Of a stretch of DNA of 64,000 nucleotides, positions 36,872 to 46,439 are shown in pieces. The notes below the pieces were generated by a model, which made no database searches, was not told the origin of the DNA, and saw nothing but the letters and a program-made list of their open reading frames with translations. The first letter of the stretch is position 1; each line of letters opens with the position of its first letter. This DNA comes from Gemmatimonadaceae bacterium (GTDB lineage Bacteria > Gemmatimonadota > Gemmatimonadetes > Gemmatimonadales > Gemmatimonadaceae): NCBI GenBank assembly GCA_036557635.1, contig DATBHD010000085.1:213-64212 (forward strand), written 5' to 3'. The translations under genes were made by a program, and so were the position numbers.

Positions 36872-39177
36872 TGCCGCGGTTTCTCGTCACTTTCGTGGCA
36901 GGGGGAGTCGCCGTACTCGCGCTCGTCGCGGGGCCCCGTGCCGCGCGCGCGCAGGACGTCGAATGCGATCCCGGCGACCGCGAAGTGCGGGCGCTGGACT
37001 TCATCGGCAATCACGCATTCACCGATGACGAGCTCGCGCTTCGCATCGTGACGACGCCGTCGACGTGGTCGCGGCGCAATCTGCGCGTGTTCGGGACGAA
37101 GCGATGCCTCGATCCCGACGAGTTGGTGCGCGACAAGATCCGGTTGCAGGTGCTGTATCACCAGGCCGGTTACTACAACACCAAAGTCGACACCTCCGTG
37201 ACGCCGGACGGCCCGGACCAGGTGCACGTCGTCTTCGTGATCGACGAAGGGCAGCCGCTCCGCATCACGCGCCTAACGATCACGGGGCTCGACTCCGTTC
37301 CGCACCGGGATGAAATCCTTCGCGGCCTGTGGGTGGCGGTCGGCAAGCCGTACGACATCACCCGTATCGGCAACGACATCAACACGGTGCTGCAGCGTCT
37401 CCGGAACTCGGGGTATCCGCGTCCCGACGTGTTGCGAAACTTTGAAACGTCGACGAAGGACTCGCTCACCGCGCACGTTGCGATCGCGTTCCTGCCCGGC
37501 CCCCTGGCGCACATCGGCAGCGTGGACGTGAAGGTCGAGCCCAATCGAGCGGGAAAAAAGCAGGCGATCTCGGATCGCGTCGTGCGCAAGCTCGTCGGGA
37601 TCGGGGTCGGTGACACCTTTCGCGAGCAGGCTCTGATCGAGGCGCAGCGCAACCTCTATCAGACCGGGGCGTATCGATACGTCGAAGTTGCCCCTGTCAT
37701 CGATACGACGCGCCTCGCCGCCGATTCGGCGATGGATCTCAAGGTCACCCTGATCGAGGACTACCTGCGCGATCTCAACACCGAGTTTGCCTGGGCGACA
37801 CTCGACTGCTTTCGGGCGCGAGCACAGATCGTCGACAAGGATTTTCTCGGCGGCGCTCAGCGATTGGAACTGACGGGTCAGCTCTCGAAGATCGGCTGGG
37901 GGATGCTGGATAACGACTTCACCCGTCACAACCTTTGTCTATTCAACATTCTGAAAGACGACCCTTTCAGCATCACGGGCAACTATCTCGTCAACGCCAC
38001 GCTGCGACAGCCGACATTGATCGGTACGTGGGCGACCCCGTCGTTCTCGGTCTATTCGGAGCGACGGGGCGAGTATAAGGCCTACCTGCGAACGACGTAC
38101 GTCGGCGGCGAAGCCTCGCTGCTTCGGGCGCTGTCGTCGACCGGATCACTGCGCCTCGGTTACAACGTGGAGTACGGGAAGACGGAAGCGGATCCGACGC
38201 TTCTCTGCGCGGCATTCAGCCGGTGCGACTCCGCATCGATCGCGCAAATAACGACGCCGCTGCCGCTGGCGGTGTTGAGCATCGCCGGCGCGCGGGTACG
38301 CACGAACAATCCGCTCAATCCCAGCGACGGGTATGTCCTCCGAGCGGAGTCACGCAATTCGGCGACATTCTTCGGGTCGAATCCCCAGTTGACGTTCGTG
38401 AAGGGAGTCGGCGACGCCGCGGTCTATCATCCCGTTCGGTTAGGCGGCGTCATCGCGTTCCGCATCCGCGTCGGCTCGATTTGGGGAGGAGCGGACGTGG
38501 GCGGCGCGAAGCAACCGCCGCAGCAAGAGCGACTCTACGCCGGAGGCGCGTCCAGCGTCCGCGGTTTCCAGCAAAACGAGCTCGGGTCGCTCCTGTACGT
38601 GTTCGACAACGGCGTGACCATAAATCCGATACTGGCACCGAACGGAACGGACACGACCGCGGTGTTCTTCACCTTCGACTCGACGGCACACGACCGGCGC
38701 GTCGTCCCCGTCGGCGGCAACACGCTCTTCGTCGCGAATCTCGACTACCGCGTCCAGTCGCCCTTCCTTCCCCAGCTCTTGCAGTTCACCTTCTTCACGG
38801 ACGTCGGCACGGTCTGGAACAGAAACACGCAGACGCCCTTCGGGGGCTTCCGGCCGCTGTGGACGCCGGGTGTCGGCCTCCGCATTGCCACTCCCCTCGG
38901 GCCCATTCAAGTCAATGCGGGGTACAATCCGTACCCGCCGGTATTCGGACAGGCGCTCTTCACACCTCCGCGGAACCTCGCGGCCGAGGGATTCACGGGT
39001 GTGTACTGCGCAGTGCCGTCGAATACGCCGGCATCCGTGGCTCCGCTCTCGCACTTCACGAATGGCGCGTGGGTACAGGACGCGAACGTACAGTGTCAAC
39101 CGACATTTCAGCCGACGCCGCCGAAGGGGTGGCTCCAACGTCTTACCTTTACATTTTCAATCGGCCCGGACTTCTGA
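36871..39177 (+). CDS. Omp85 family outer membrane protein (BamA/TamA-like; POTRA repeats + beta-barrel)
   Basis: About 768 aa with a signal peptide, POTRA-like repeats, a C-terminal surface-antigen D15 barrel and a terminal aromatic residue (IGPDF). A GTG at 36868 is an alternative start. Confidence 0.85.
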   Translation: MPRFLVTFVAGGVAVLALVAGPRAARAQDVECDPGDREVRALDFIGNHAFTDDELALRIVTTPSTWSRRNLRVFGTKRCLDPDELVRDKIRLQVLYHQAGYYNTKVDTSVTPDGPDQVHVVFVIDEGQPLRITRLTITGLDSVPHRDEILRGLWVAVGKPYDITRIGNDINTVLQRLRNSGYPRPDVLRNFETSTKDSLTAHVAIAFLPGPLAHIGSVDVKVEPNRAGKKQAISDRVVRKLVGIGVGDTFREQALIEAQRNLYQTGAYRYVEVAPVIDTTRLAADSAMDLKVTLIEDYLRDLNTEFAWATLDCFRARAQIVDKDFLGGAQRLELTGQLSKIGWGMLDNDFTRHNLCLFNILKDDPFSITGNYLVNATLRQPTLIGTWATPSFSVYSERRGEYKAYLRTTYVGGEASLLRALSSTGSLRLGYNVEYGKTEADPTLLCAAFSRCDSASIAQITTPLPLAVLSIAGARVRTNNPLNPSDGYVLRAESRNSATFFGSNPQLTFVKGVGDAAVYHPVRLGGVIAFRIRVGSIWGGADVGGAKQPPQQERLYAGGASSVRGFQQNELGSLLYVFDNGVTINPILAPNGTDTTAVFFTFDSTAHDRRVVPVGGNTLFVANLDYRVQSPFLPQLLQFTFFTDVGTVWNRNTQTPFGGFRPLWTPGVGLRIATPLGPIQVNAGYNPYPPVFGQALFTPPRNLAAEGFTGVYCAVPSNTPASVAPLSHFTNGAWVQDANVQCQPTFQPTPPKGWLQRLTFTFSIGPDF

Positions 39178-39216
39178 GCCGTCTAGATTCGAGGTTCTGA
39201 ATCGTCTAGCTCTCGG

Positions 39217-42200
39217 ATGATCAAGCGTCGCCGCCTCGTTGCTCTCGTCAGCGCGATCGCGCTGCTCGTGATCGGCTTTGTGACTGTTGTCACGGGGCTG
39301 TTCATGACACGCACGAGCTATGGGCAGGAGGAACTGCGAAAGCTCATTCAGAGTCAGTTGGCGAGTGCGATTCTAGGGAGGGTGTACGTCGGTCCGGTGA
39401 GTGGCGGCTTTCTCACCGGGATCGCCGTCGACTCGTTCGCGATCCGCGACGCGGACAACGACTCGCTGCTCATCAGCACCGGGCGAATCACGGCGAGTTA
39501 CGATCCGCGCGACCTGATCGACAAGCGTCTCCTGCTGCGCGACGTCCAGGTCGAGCATCCGGTTGTGTTCATCAGGCAACACGCGAGCGGACGCTGGAAC
39601 TTCAAAGAAATCTTCCGCGGCTACGACAAGAAGAACAACGGTCCGAAAGCGCCTGGCCGCAACTTCGGCGACTTCGTCGTCATCGACTCGGCGCGCGTGC
39701 ACGACGCGTCGTTCGTCTTGCAGATGCCGTGGACGCCTGACGACACGCTGCATGGGGCGAAGCTGGACAGCGCCGTGCGCTACACGCTGGCGCGCCGGGA
39801 CAAGGAGATTCGTCGCGTCATCGACGAGGGAAAGGCCGGCTTCGCTCACTCCTGGCGATGGACGAAGCTCTCCGCCGTCGTGTCGCGGATCCGGCTCGCC
39901 GATCCCGACAGTGACAAGTTCGGCAAGCTCTTCGTGTTCGACTCGATGCACGCCGTCGAGAGCGACCCGCCGTTCGACTTCCACAACATTCGCGGCACGC
40001 TGCGCAATCTCGGCGACTCGATCTGGATCGACGTCGCGCATTTCGACCTTCCGGCGTCGACGGGCGCGGGGAACGGGAAGATCGTGTGGGGGAGCGACCT
40101 CCCGGTGCGCTACGACATCACCGTGCGCGGCGACTCGATCGCGCTCAACGATGTGGCATGGGTGTACCCGACGCTGCCGACGACCGGCGGCGGCAAGGCG
40201 ACGCTCCACATCGGCAACGAGCCGCAGAATCTGCACATCATCGATTACAAGCTCACGAACATGGACGTGAAGAGCACGGGCTCACATCTCGTCGGCGACA
40301 TGACATTCGCCGTCGGGGGGCCAGTGCTCGGGGTGAAAGACGTGAAGATGTCGGCGCAGCCGTTCGATTTCGATCTGCTACGGGCGCTGAATGGCAAACC
40401 CTTTCCCGTCGATTGGCGTGGACAGCTCTACGGCACGGTTCGCGCGCGGGGCGGCCCGCTCACTCGTTTCTTTGTCGATGAGAGCGACGTCGTTTTCCAC
40501 GATGCGCACGTGGCTGGAGCCACGTCGCGAGTGGGAGGCAAAGGGGAGCTCGACATTCTGCAGCCGGCGCTCACGAGCTTCCGGCATTTCGACGTCAACG
40601 CGGCGTCGGTGGATCTGCGCTCGATCGAATTTCTCTATCCGAACTTCCCTCGACTCGGTGGTACGATCTCTGGAACCGCGACGCTCGATTCGTCATGGCT
40701 GGACATCCGGTTCGCGGACGCCGACATCACGCACCGGGACGGGCCTGGCGAGCCGTCTCATCTGACGGGGAGTGGGCGCGTGACGTGGGGGCCGCAGTAC
40801 ATGACCTACGACATCGACGCGCAGGCGCAGCCAGTCTCGTTAGGCATGCTCGCGCGGTCGTATCCCAAGCTGCCCCTCACGGGCGTCATGAGCGGACCGG
40901 TCAAGGCGCGCGGAACGATCGCCGATCTGGCACTGACGACGAACCTTCAAGGCCCGGCTGGCGCGGTCAGCTTCGACGGACGCATCGACATCGATCCGCC
41001 GAGCTATGGCATCCACGGCGCGGGGCAGCTCACCGGTCTCGCCGTGCATGCGCTCCTCGATCCGACGCGGATCAACGGGACCGTTAGGCCGGCAACGGTC
41101 ACCGGGCGCTTCGACGTCTCCCTCAGCGGTGACTCGCTTGCCGACCTCGAGGGAAGCGCGGCGTTCGATGTGGCGCGCGCGGACGTCGACGGTCTTCGCA
41201 TTTTCCCGTCGAACGCGCGTCTGCGATTCGTCAACAAGCGTCTCTTCGTGGACACGCTGCGGCTCGAGACGACGGCGGCGACGATCCTCGCTCATGGCGC
41301 GCTCGGACTTCCGCATGGCGCGTCCGACTCGCTGCACTATCAACTCATCGTCGACTCGTTGGGCGGATTCCGTCGATATCTCGCCTCTCGCTCGCCCGAG
41401 GACAGCGCGCTCGCCGACTCGCTCGGCGGCCAGGTGACGGTGAATGGCGTGGCCTTGGGGCGGCTCGATTCCTTGGATGTGGCGGGCGCGGTGGTCGGCA
41501 ACGGCTTGCTCGTCGGGAACAATCGAGGACGCATCGTTGGTGGCCGTTTCGCGATTCGTAACGTCCTGAGTGATCCGACCGGTACGGCGTCGGTCCGATT
41601 CGACACGCTCACGATCGACGGTGTGCTCCTCGACTCGCTCGGCGCCGACGTGACGCTTGCCGGCCGGTCGCGGGCGGCGTTCACCATCGGCGTCCGGAGC
41701 GACAACGGACCGACCGCGCGCATCGTCGGCGGCGCGCTCGCCACGGGTGGCGCACTGGGCGCGCGTGAGGCATCGACACGCGTGGCGCTGGACTCTCTCG
41801 GCCTAACGATCGGCGAGAGCAAGTGGCGATTGGCGAGCGCGTCGCACGTCTCACACGATACCCTCGGCCTCGCGATCGATTCGCTCGTGCTCGTGAACGG
41901 CGCGGGCGGGCGCATCGGCGTCCGCGGCGCCGCGCCGCGACTAGCACCCGTTGGGTTGGACATTGCCGCCGACAGCATTGGGCTCGCCGATCTCGGCGTA
42001 CTCTTGCAGCTGCCCGCGCCCGTCGGCGGCTTCGCCTCGATGCACGGCCGCGTCACCGGGACGCGGGCGCAACCGGACATTCGGTTCGACGCCTTGATGA
42101 GCAAAGTTGCATATGGCGGCATGCGCGTCGAGCGCGCCACGGCCACTGGCGAGTATCGCGAGCGCAGCCTGGACATGTCGATCGATCTCTTCCGCGACAA

Positions 42201-43869
42201 GAAACCGGCGCTGCACGCAACGATGGGCGTCCCGATGGCGCTCAGCCTGTTCAGCGCCGAGCGACTCGACGCGCCGATTCACGGCGTGGTTCGCGCCGAC
42301 AGCGCCGATCTCGCCGTCATCGAGATGCTGTCGCCATCGCTGCAAAAAGGCTCCGGCAGCCTAACGGCGAACCTCGAATACTCGATCTCGCCGACGCACA
42401 AATCGATCAATGGCCTGGTCGCGGTGCGCAACGGACAGGTCACGGCGCAGAACCTCGGCATCACGCTGCGAACGATCAACGGCTCCGTGCGCTTCGACGG
42501 CCGGAGCGACAGCGTGCGCATCGACCTCTCCGCGGCGAGCGGAAACCTTCCCGGTGCGCGAGTGGCGCTGCGCGGATCGGTGAGCTACGCCAAGTGGAAC
42601 GACCCGAAGTTCAACCTCGCGCTCTTTGCGCACAACTTCCACGCGATCGAGCGGCGGACGCTCGCATCGCTCGACGTCTCGACCGCGGGCGACTCGCTGC
42701 GGCTCAATGGTTCGCTGAGTGCGGCGGCAGTCACCGGTACGATCCGTGTCGATCGCGGGAACGTGTACCTCCCGGAGCGCGACCTGCTGCGAAAGCAAGT
42801 CATCGATCTCAGTGGCGCGGGCATCTTCGACATCATCGACTCGACTGACTTTCGCACGCGGCAGATCCTTCCTGATGCGTCGTCGCGTCTCGTCGAGAAT
42901 TTGCGCCTCGACGATGTGCACGTCGTGCTCGGCGACGAAGTGTGGCTGCGTTCGCGCGAGGCCAACATCAAACTTGGTGGTTCGCTGAACGTCCGCAGCG
43001 CCGAGAAGCAAGCGAACCTCAATACAGCAAGTCGCGGCGGTCGGAGTCTTTCCTCGAATCCCGATTACGGGTTGGCGCTGTCCGGCAAGCTCACCGCCGA
43101 TCGTGGGACGTACACACTCGACCTTTCGCCGGCACCGGTGCAGCGCGAGTTCGAGGTCGAGAAGGGGTCGCTCGAGTTCTACGGAACCTCCGACTACAAC
43201 GCGCAGGTCGACATCACCGCGACGCACGCGGTGAAGCGCGCCGGTCAGACCGACCTGATCATCCAGGTGCATCTAGGCGGATACCTGTTTCCAAACCCGA
43301 CGATCGAACTGTCGAGCAGGAACGAGTCGTATCTCTCGCCCTCGGACCTCGTGAGCTATCTGGTTACGGGGCAACCGGCGTACGCTCTCAACTCGAACGA
43401 CTTCAACGTGGTGCAGCAGGTGAGCAACGTCGTCGGGCCGACGCTCAGCTCGGCCGTCGAGTCGGCGGCACGGCAAGCCGGCTTCAATTGGTTCGAGTTT
43501 AGCCTCCAGACCGGCGCTGCTCCGACGGCGCTCACCGGTAACACCACGAGTCAGTCGACATTCAAAGACTTCGTCTTCACTTCCCGACTCGGCGCCGAGA
43601 AGCAGATATCGAACAATCTGTTCTTCAGCATAAGTGCTGGCCTGTGTTCATTGAACCGCGACTACTCGCAGGGTAACTCCGCGATTGGCGGGTTCGTGGA
43701 AGCGTTAGGCGGCAAGCTGGAGTATCGTTTCAATCCGCGGGTTTCGTTGACGGCGGGTACTGACCCGCCCACGTCGTGGCAATATTGCCGCTCGAATTTT
43801 TCGCTCGGCAGCGTCGTGTCGACCCCCAGACAGTGGGGTCTCTCGGTGCTCCGAACGTGGCACTTCTGA
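39217..43869 (+). CDS. TamB-like translocation and assembly module protein (AsmA-like, DUF490 C-terminus)
   Basis: 1550 aa with an N-terminal signal-anchor and a long beta-rich repetitive body. Sits immediately downstream of the Omp85 gene. Confidence 0.85.
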   Translation: MIKRRRLVALVSAIALLVIGFVTVVTGLFMTRTSYGQEELRKLIQSQLASAILGRVYVGPVSGGFLTGIAVDSFAIRDADNDSLLISTGRITASYDPRDLIDKRLLLRDVQVEHPVVFIRQHASGRWNFKEIFRGYDKKNNGPKAPGRNFGDFVVIDSARVHDASFVLQMPWTPDDTLHGAKLDSAVRYTLARRDKEIRRVIDEGKAGFAHSWRWTKLSAVVSRIRLADPDSDKFGKLFVFDSMHAVESDPPFDFHNIRGTLRNLGDSIWIDVAHFDLPASTGAGNGKIVWGSDLPVRYDITVRGDSIALNDVAWVYPTLPTTGGGKATLHIGNEPQNLHIIDYKLTNMDVKSTGSHLVGDMTFAVGGPVLGVKDVKMSAQPFDFDLLRALNGKPFPVDWRGQLYGTVRARGGPLTRFFVDESDVVFHDAHVAGATSRVGGKGELDILQPALTSFRHFDVNAASVDLRSIEFLYPNFPRLGGTISGTATLDSSWLDIRFADADITHRDGPGEPSHLTGSGRVTWGPQYMTYDIDAQAQPVSLGMLARSYPKLPLTGVMSGPVKARGTIADLALTTNLQGPAGAVSFDGRIDIDPPSYGIHGAGQLTGLAVHALLDPTRINGTVRPATVTGRFDVSLSGDSLADLEGSAAFDVARADVDGLRIFPSNARLRFVNKRLFVDTLRLETTAATILAHGALGLPHGASDSLHYQLIVDSLGGFRRYLASRSPEDSALADSLGGQVTVNGVALGRLDSLDVAGAVVGNGLLVGNNRGRIVGGRFAIRNVLSDPTGTASVRFDTLTIDGVLLDSLGADVTLAGRSRAAFTIGVRSDNGPTARIVGGALATGGALGAREASTRVALDSLGLTIGESKWRLASASHVSHDTLGLAIDSLVLVNGAGGRIGVRGAAPRLAPVGLDIAADSIGLADLGVLLQLPAPVGGFASMHGRVTGTRAQPDIRFDALMSKVAYGGMRVERATATGEYRERSLDMSIDLFRDKKPALHATMGVPMALSLFSAERLDAPIHGVVRADSADLAVIEMLSPSLQKGSGSLTANLEYSISPTHKSINGLVAVRNGQVTAQNLGITLRTINGSVRFDGRSDSVRIDLSAASGNLPGARVALRGSVSYAKWNDPKFNLALFAHNFHAIERRTLASLDVSTAGDSLRLNGSLSAAAVTGTIRVDRGNVYLPERDLLRKQVIDLSGAGIFDIIDSTDFRTRQILPDASSRLVENLRLDDVHVVLGDEVWLRSREANIKLGGSLNVRSAEKQANLNTASRGGRSLSSNPDYGLALSGKLTADRGTYTLDLSPAPVQREFEVEKGSLEFYGTSDYNAQVDITATHAVKRAGQTDLIIQVHLGGYLFPNPTIELSSRNESYLSPSDLVSYLVTGQPAYALNSNDFNVVQQVSNVVGPTLSSAVESAARQAGFNWFEFSLQTGAAPTALTGNTTSQSTFKDFVFTSRLGAEKQISNNLFFSISAGLCSLNRDYSQGNSAIGGFVEALGGKLEYRFNPRVSLTAGTDPPTSWQYCRSNFSLGSVVSTPRQWGLSVLRTWHF

Positions 43870-44855
43870 GTCAGGCCGCGAGCGCGGAGCAGCTATCGGA
43901 TCGAGCGATCGAGCGCGCGCTGCTCGTGGCCAATCCGGCGTCGCGCCTGGGACGCCGCCGGCTGCCCCGCACCCGAGCCGCGCTCGAGAAGGCCGGCGTG
44001 CGATGCGATGTTGTGTTCACCGAACGATCCGGACATGCGACCGAGATCGTTCTCGCGCGCGCGGCGGACTACGACGCGGTGTTCACCCTCGGTGGCGACG
44101 GTACGGCCATGGAAGCCGCCGGCGCGCTCGCCGGTACGGGGCGGCCACTCGGGGTCCTCGCAGGGGGAACCGGCAACCTCCTGGTGAGAGCGCTGGGGAT
44201 ACCGCTCAACCCGAGTCGCGCCGTTCCGGCGCTGCTCGAGGGCGAGGAGCTGTACATCGATCTCGGGCGGATTGCGAGCTGCGACCCACCCCGGCGATTC
44301 GCGGTTGCGGCCGGTGTCGGCATCGACGCGAGCATGGTCGCCGAAACGCCATCGTGGCTGAAGCGTCGTTTGGGTGTGCTCGCGTACACCATAACGGCCA
44401 CGCGGGCGGCACTCCGGGCGGTGCGCCGCCAGGAGTTCTTTCACGTTCGGCTCACGGTCGATGGTAAAGAGTTCGAGGCCGAGGCGGCAGCGGTCATGAT
44501 CGCGAACTTCGGGGCGGTGCTCAACGACCGAATCACCTTCGGTCCGGGGATCCGCTTCGACGATGGAGTGCTCGATGCCTGTTTGTACTCACCGAGGAGT
44601 CTGTCCGACTCCTTCCGGATCATGTGGCGCCTGCTGCGAAAGGACTTCGCCTCGGATTCGGCGATGCTGTATCACAGCGGTCGGCACATTCGCATCGAGA
44701 CCCAGCCACCGAGGCTGGCGCAAGCAGACGGCGAGCTGCTCGGCAAGACGCCGTTGGAGATCGTCGTTGAGCCGCGGGCGGCGAGGTTGTTGGTACCGAA
44801 GCAAGCGACGCTGCAGCTCGGTGAAAAGAATAGGACGCGACGAATATTGGCATAA
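43857..44855 (+). CDS. diacylglycerol kinase family lipid kinase (second copy)
   Basis: ALLVANPASR...VFTLGGDGTAMEAAGALAGTGRPLGVLAGGTGNLLVRALG. GTG at 43857 overlaps the TamB-like end by 13 nt. The start is uncertain. Confidence 0.75.
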   Translation: MALLSQAASAEQLSDRAIERALLVANPASRLGRRRLPRTRAALEKAGVRCDVVFTERSGHATEIVLARAADYDAVFTLGGDGTAMEAAGALAGTGRPLGVLAGGTGNLLVRALGIPLNPSRAVPALLEGEELYIDLGRIASCDPPRRFAVAAGVGIDASMVAETPSWLKRRLGVLAYTITATRAALRAVRRQEFFHVRLTVDGKEFEAEAAAVMIANFGAVLNDRITFGPGIRFDDGVLDACLYSPRSLSDSFRIMWRLLRKDFASDSAMLYHSGRHIRIETQPPRLAQADGELLGKTPLEIVVEPRAARLLVPKQATLQLGEKNRTRRILA

Positions 44856-44867
44856 CTGCACCGATAC

Positions 44868-46235
44868 ATGGCCAGCGTACTGATCATCGACGACGAGCAA
44901 GCGATCACCTCTGCCCTCGGGACGTACTTCGAGCGGTCCGGGCACGAGGTGATGCGCGCGCACAGTGGGGAGGAGGGGATCGGGGCCGTTAGGCGCTCGC
45001 ACCCCGATCTCGTGCTGCTCGACATGCGCTTGCCGGACCTCAACGGTTTCGAGGTGCTCGATCGGCTGCGGGAACAGAATCCGGTCGTCATCATGATCAC
45101 CGGCCATGGCGACGTGCCGGACGCGGTGCGCGCGATGCAAGCGGGCGCCGAGAGTTTCCTCACCAAGCCGATCGAGCTCGGGCATCTCGGCGTCGTCGCG
45201 ACGCGGGCGCTGGAAAAGGCGCGGCTGCGACAGATGAATCGCTATCTCGCCGACCGGCGCGGACGTCTGCCGGCGACGGCGCTTCTCGGCACGTCGGCGC
45301 CGATGCGCGAGCTGGCGCAGCAGATCGAGCTGTTGGCGCGGAGCGACAAGACGACGGTGCTCATCACGGGTGAGAGCGGAACGGGGAAGGGATACGTCGC
45401 GCAATCGATTCATCGGGCGAGTGCCAGAGGTGAGCGCCCGCTGATCGAGATCAACTGCGCGGCGCTCTCCGGCACCACGCTCGACGGCGAGTTGTTCGGC
45501 CAGGAATTGACGCCGAACAATGGGGCCGAGTCGACACGTCCCGGTCTGCTCGATATCGCCGAAGGGGGCAGCCTGTTCCTCGACGAGATCGGTGATCTGG
45601 ACGCCTTGCTTCAGCCAAAGCTGCTCCGGGTCCTCGAGGGGAAGAGCTTCCGGCGACTTGGGGGGACCCGCGAGATGACCGCCGACGTGCGCCTCATTGC
45701 CGCGACCGGGAAGGACCTGGTGAGTGAGGTGACGGACGGGAAGTTTCGCGAGGACCTCTACTATCGGCTGAGCGTGATGCCGATCAATCTCCCGCCCCTG
45801 CGAGCGCGGTCGAGGGAGGATCTCCTGGAGCTCATCGCGCGACTGGTGGAGGAGCTGCGACCCAATCTCCTCGACGCGCCAACGGAGCTCGACGACGATG
45901 TCCTCGAGCGTTTGCTCAAGTACTCGTGGCCCGGCAACATTCGCGAGCTGCGTAACGTGCTCGAGCGGGCGATGATCATGGCGCGCGGTCTCGAGCGGGT
46001 CGCCGTGGCGCAGCTGCCGTTGGAAGTCCGTGAGGCGTCGGGTGCGGGCGTGGAGCACCACGTACCGCGGACGTTGTCCGAAGTCGAGCGCATCCACATC
46101 GATCGCACGCTGCGGGCGCACAACGCCAACCGCACACGGGCAGCGCGCGAGCTCGGCATTTCGCGAGCGACGTTGATCAAGAAGATCAAGGAATACGGGC
46201 TCGAAAGTAATGAGGGGCGAAGGCGTTTGGCGTAG
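44868..46235 (+). CDS. NtrC-family response regulator (REC + AAA+ + Fis-type HTH) with a degenerate GAFTGA loop
   Basis: 455 aa. Phospho-acceptor context LVLLDMRLPD, Walker A GESGTGKG, Walker B LFLDEIG, C-terminal HTH RAARELGISRATLIKKIK. Confidence 0.9.
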   Translation: MASVLIIDDEQAITSALGTYFERSGHEVMRAHSGEEGIGAVRRSHPDLVLLDMRLPDLNGFEVLDRLREQNPVVIMITGHGDVPDAVRAMQAGAESFLTKPIELGHLGVVATRALEKARLRQMNRYLADRRGRLPATALLGTSAPMRELAQQIELLARSDKTTVLITGESGTGKGYVAQSIHRASARGERPLIEINCAALSGTTLDGELFGQELTPNNGAESTRPGLLDIAEGGSLFLDEIGDLDALLQPKLLRVLEGKSFRRLGGTREMTADVRLIAATGKDLVSEVTDGKFREDLYYRLSVMPINLPPLRARSREDLLELIARLVEELRPNLLDAPTELDDDVLERLLKYSWPGNIRELRNVLERAMIMARGLERVAVAQLPLEVREASGAGVEHHVPRTLSEVERIHIDRTLRAHNANRTRAARELGISRATLIKKIKEYGLESNEGRRRLA

Positions 46236-46252
46236 AGCGCAATTAGACTCCT

Positions 46253-46435
46253 ATGACGAAACTCCAGGAACACGATGCAATGCAGTGCCGCGCGTGCGGC
46301 AATGAGGAGCGTGCGTCCGAGGGATACCCGTGCGTCGACTGCGGCACCTTCATCTGCGTGATCTGCAACATGCGTGGCGTGACGCGTTGCCGCGCCTGTC
46401 AGGCGAAGCAGCCGGGAGCCCAGGCCGCGGAGTAG
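46253..46435 (+). CDS. small Cys-rich zinc-ribbon/B-box-like protein (4 x CxxC)
   Basis: 60 aa with CRAC, CVDC, CVIC and CRAC motifs. Located 17 nt after the regulator gene and 4 nt before the next gene. Confidence 0.55.
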   Translation: MTKLQEHDAMQCRACGNEERASEGYPCVDCGTFICVICNMRGVTRCRACQAKQPGAQAAE

Positions 46436-46439
46436 ATCG

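Noticed and set aside
44589-46121. 510-aa minus-strand ORF opposite the NtrC-family regulator
   Set aside because: It is an antisense shadow. The + frame has REC, Walker A/B and HTH motifs.
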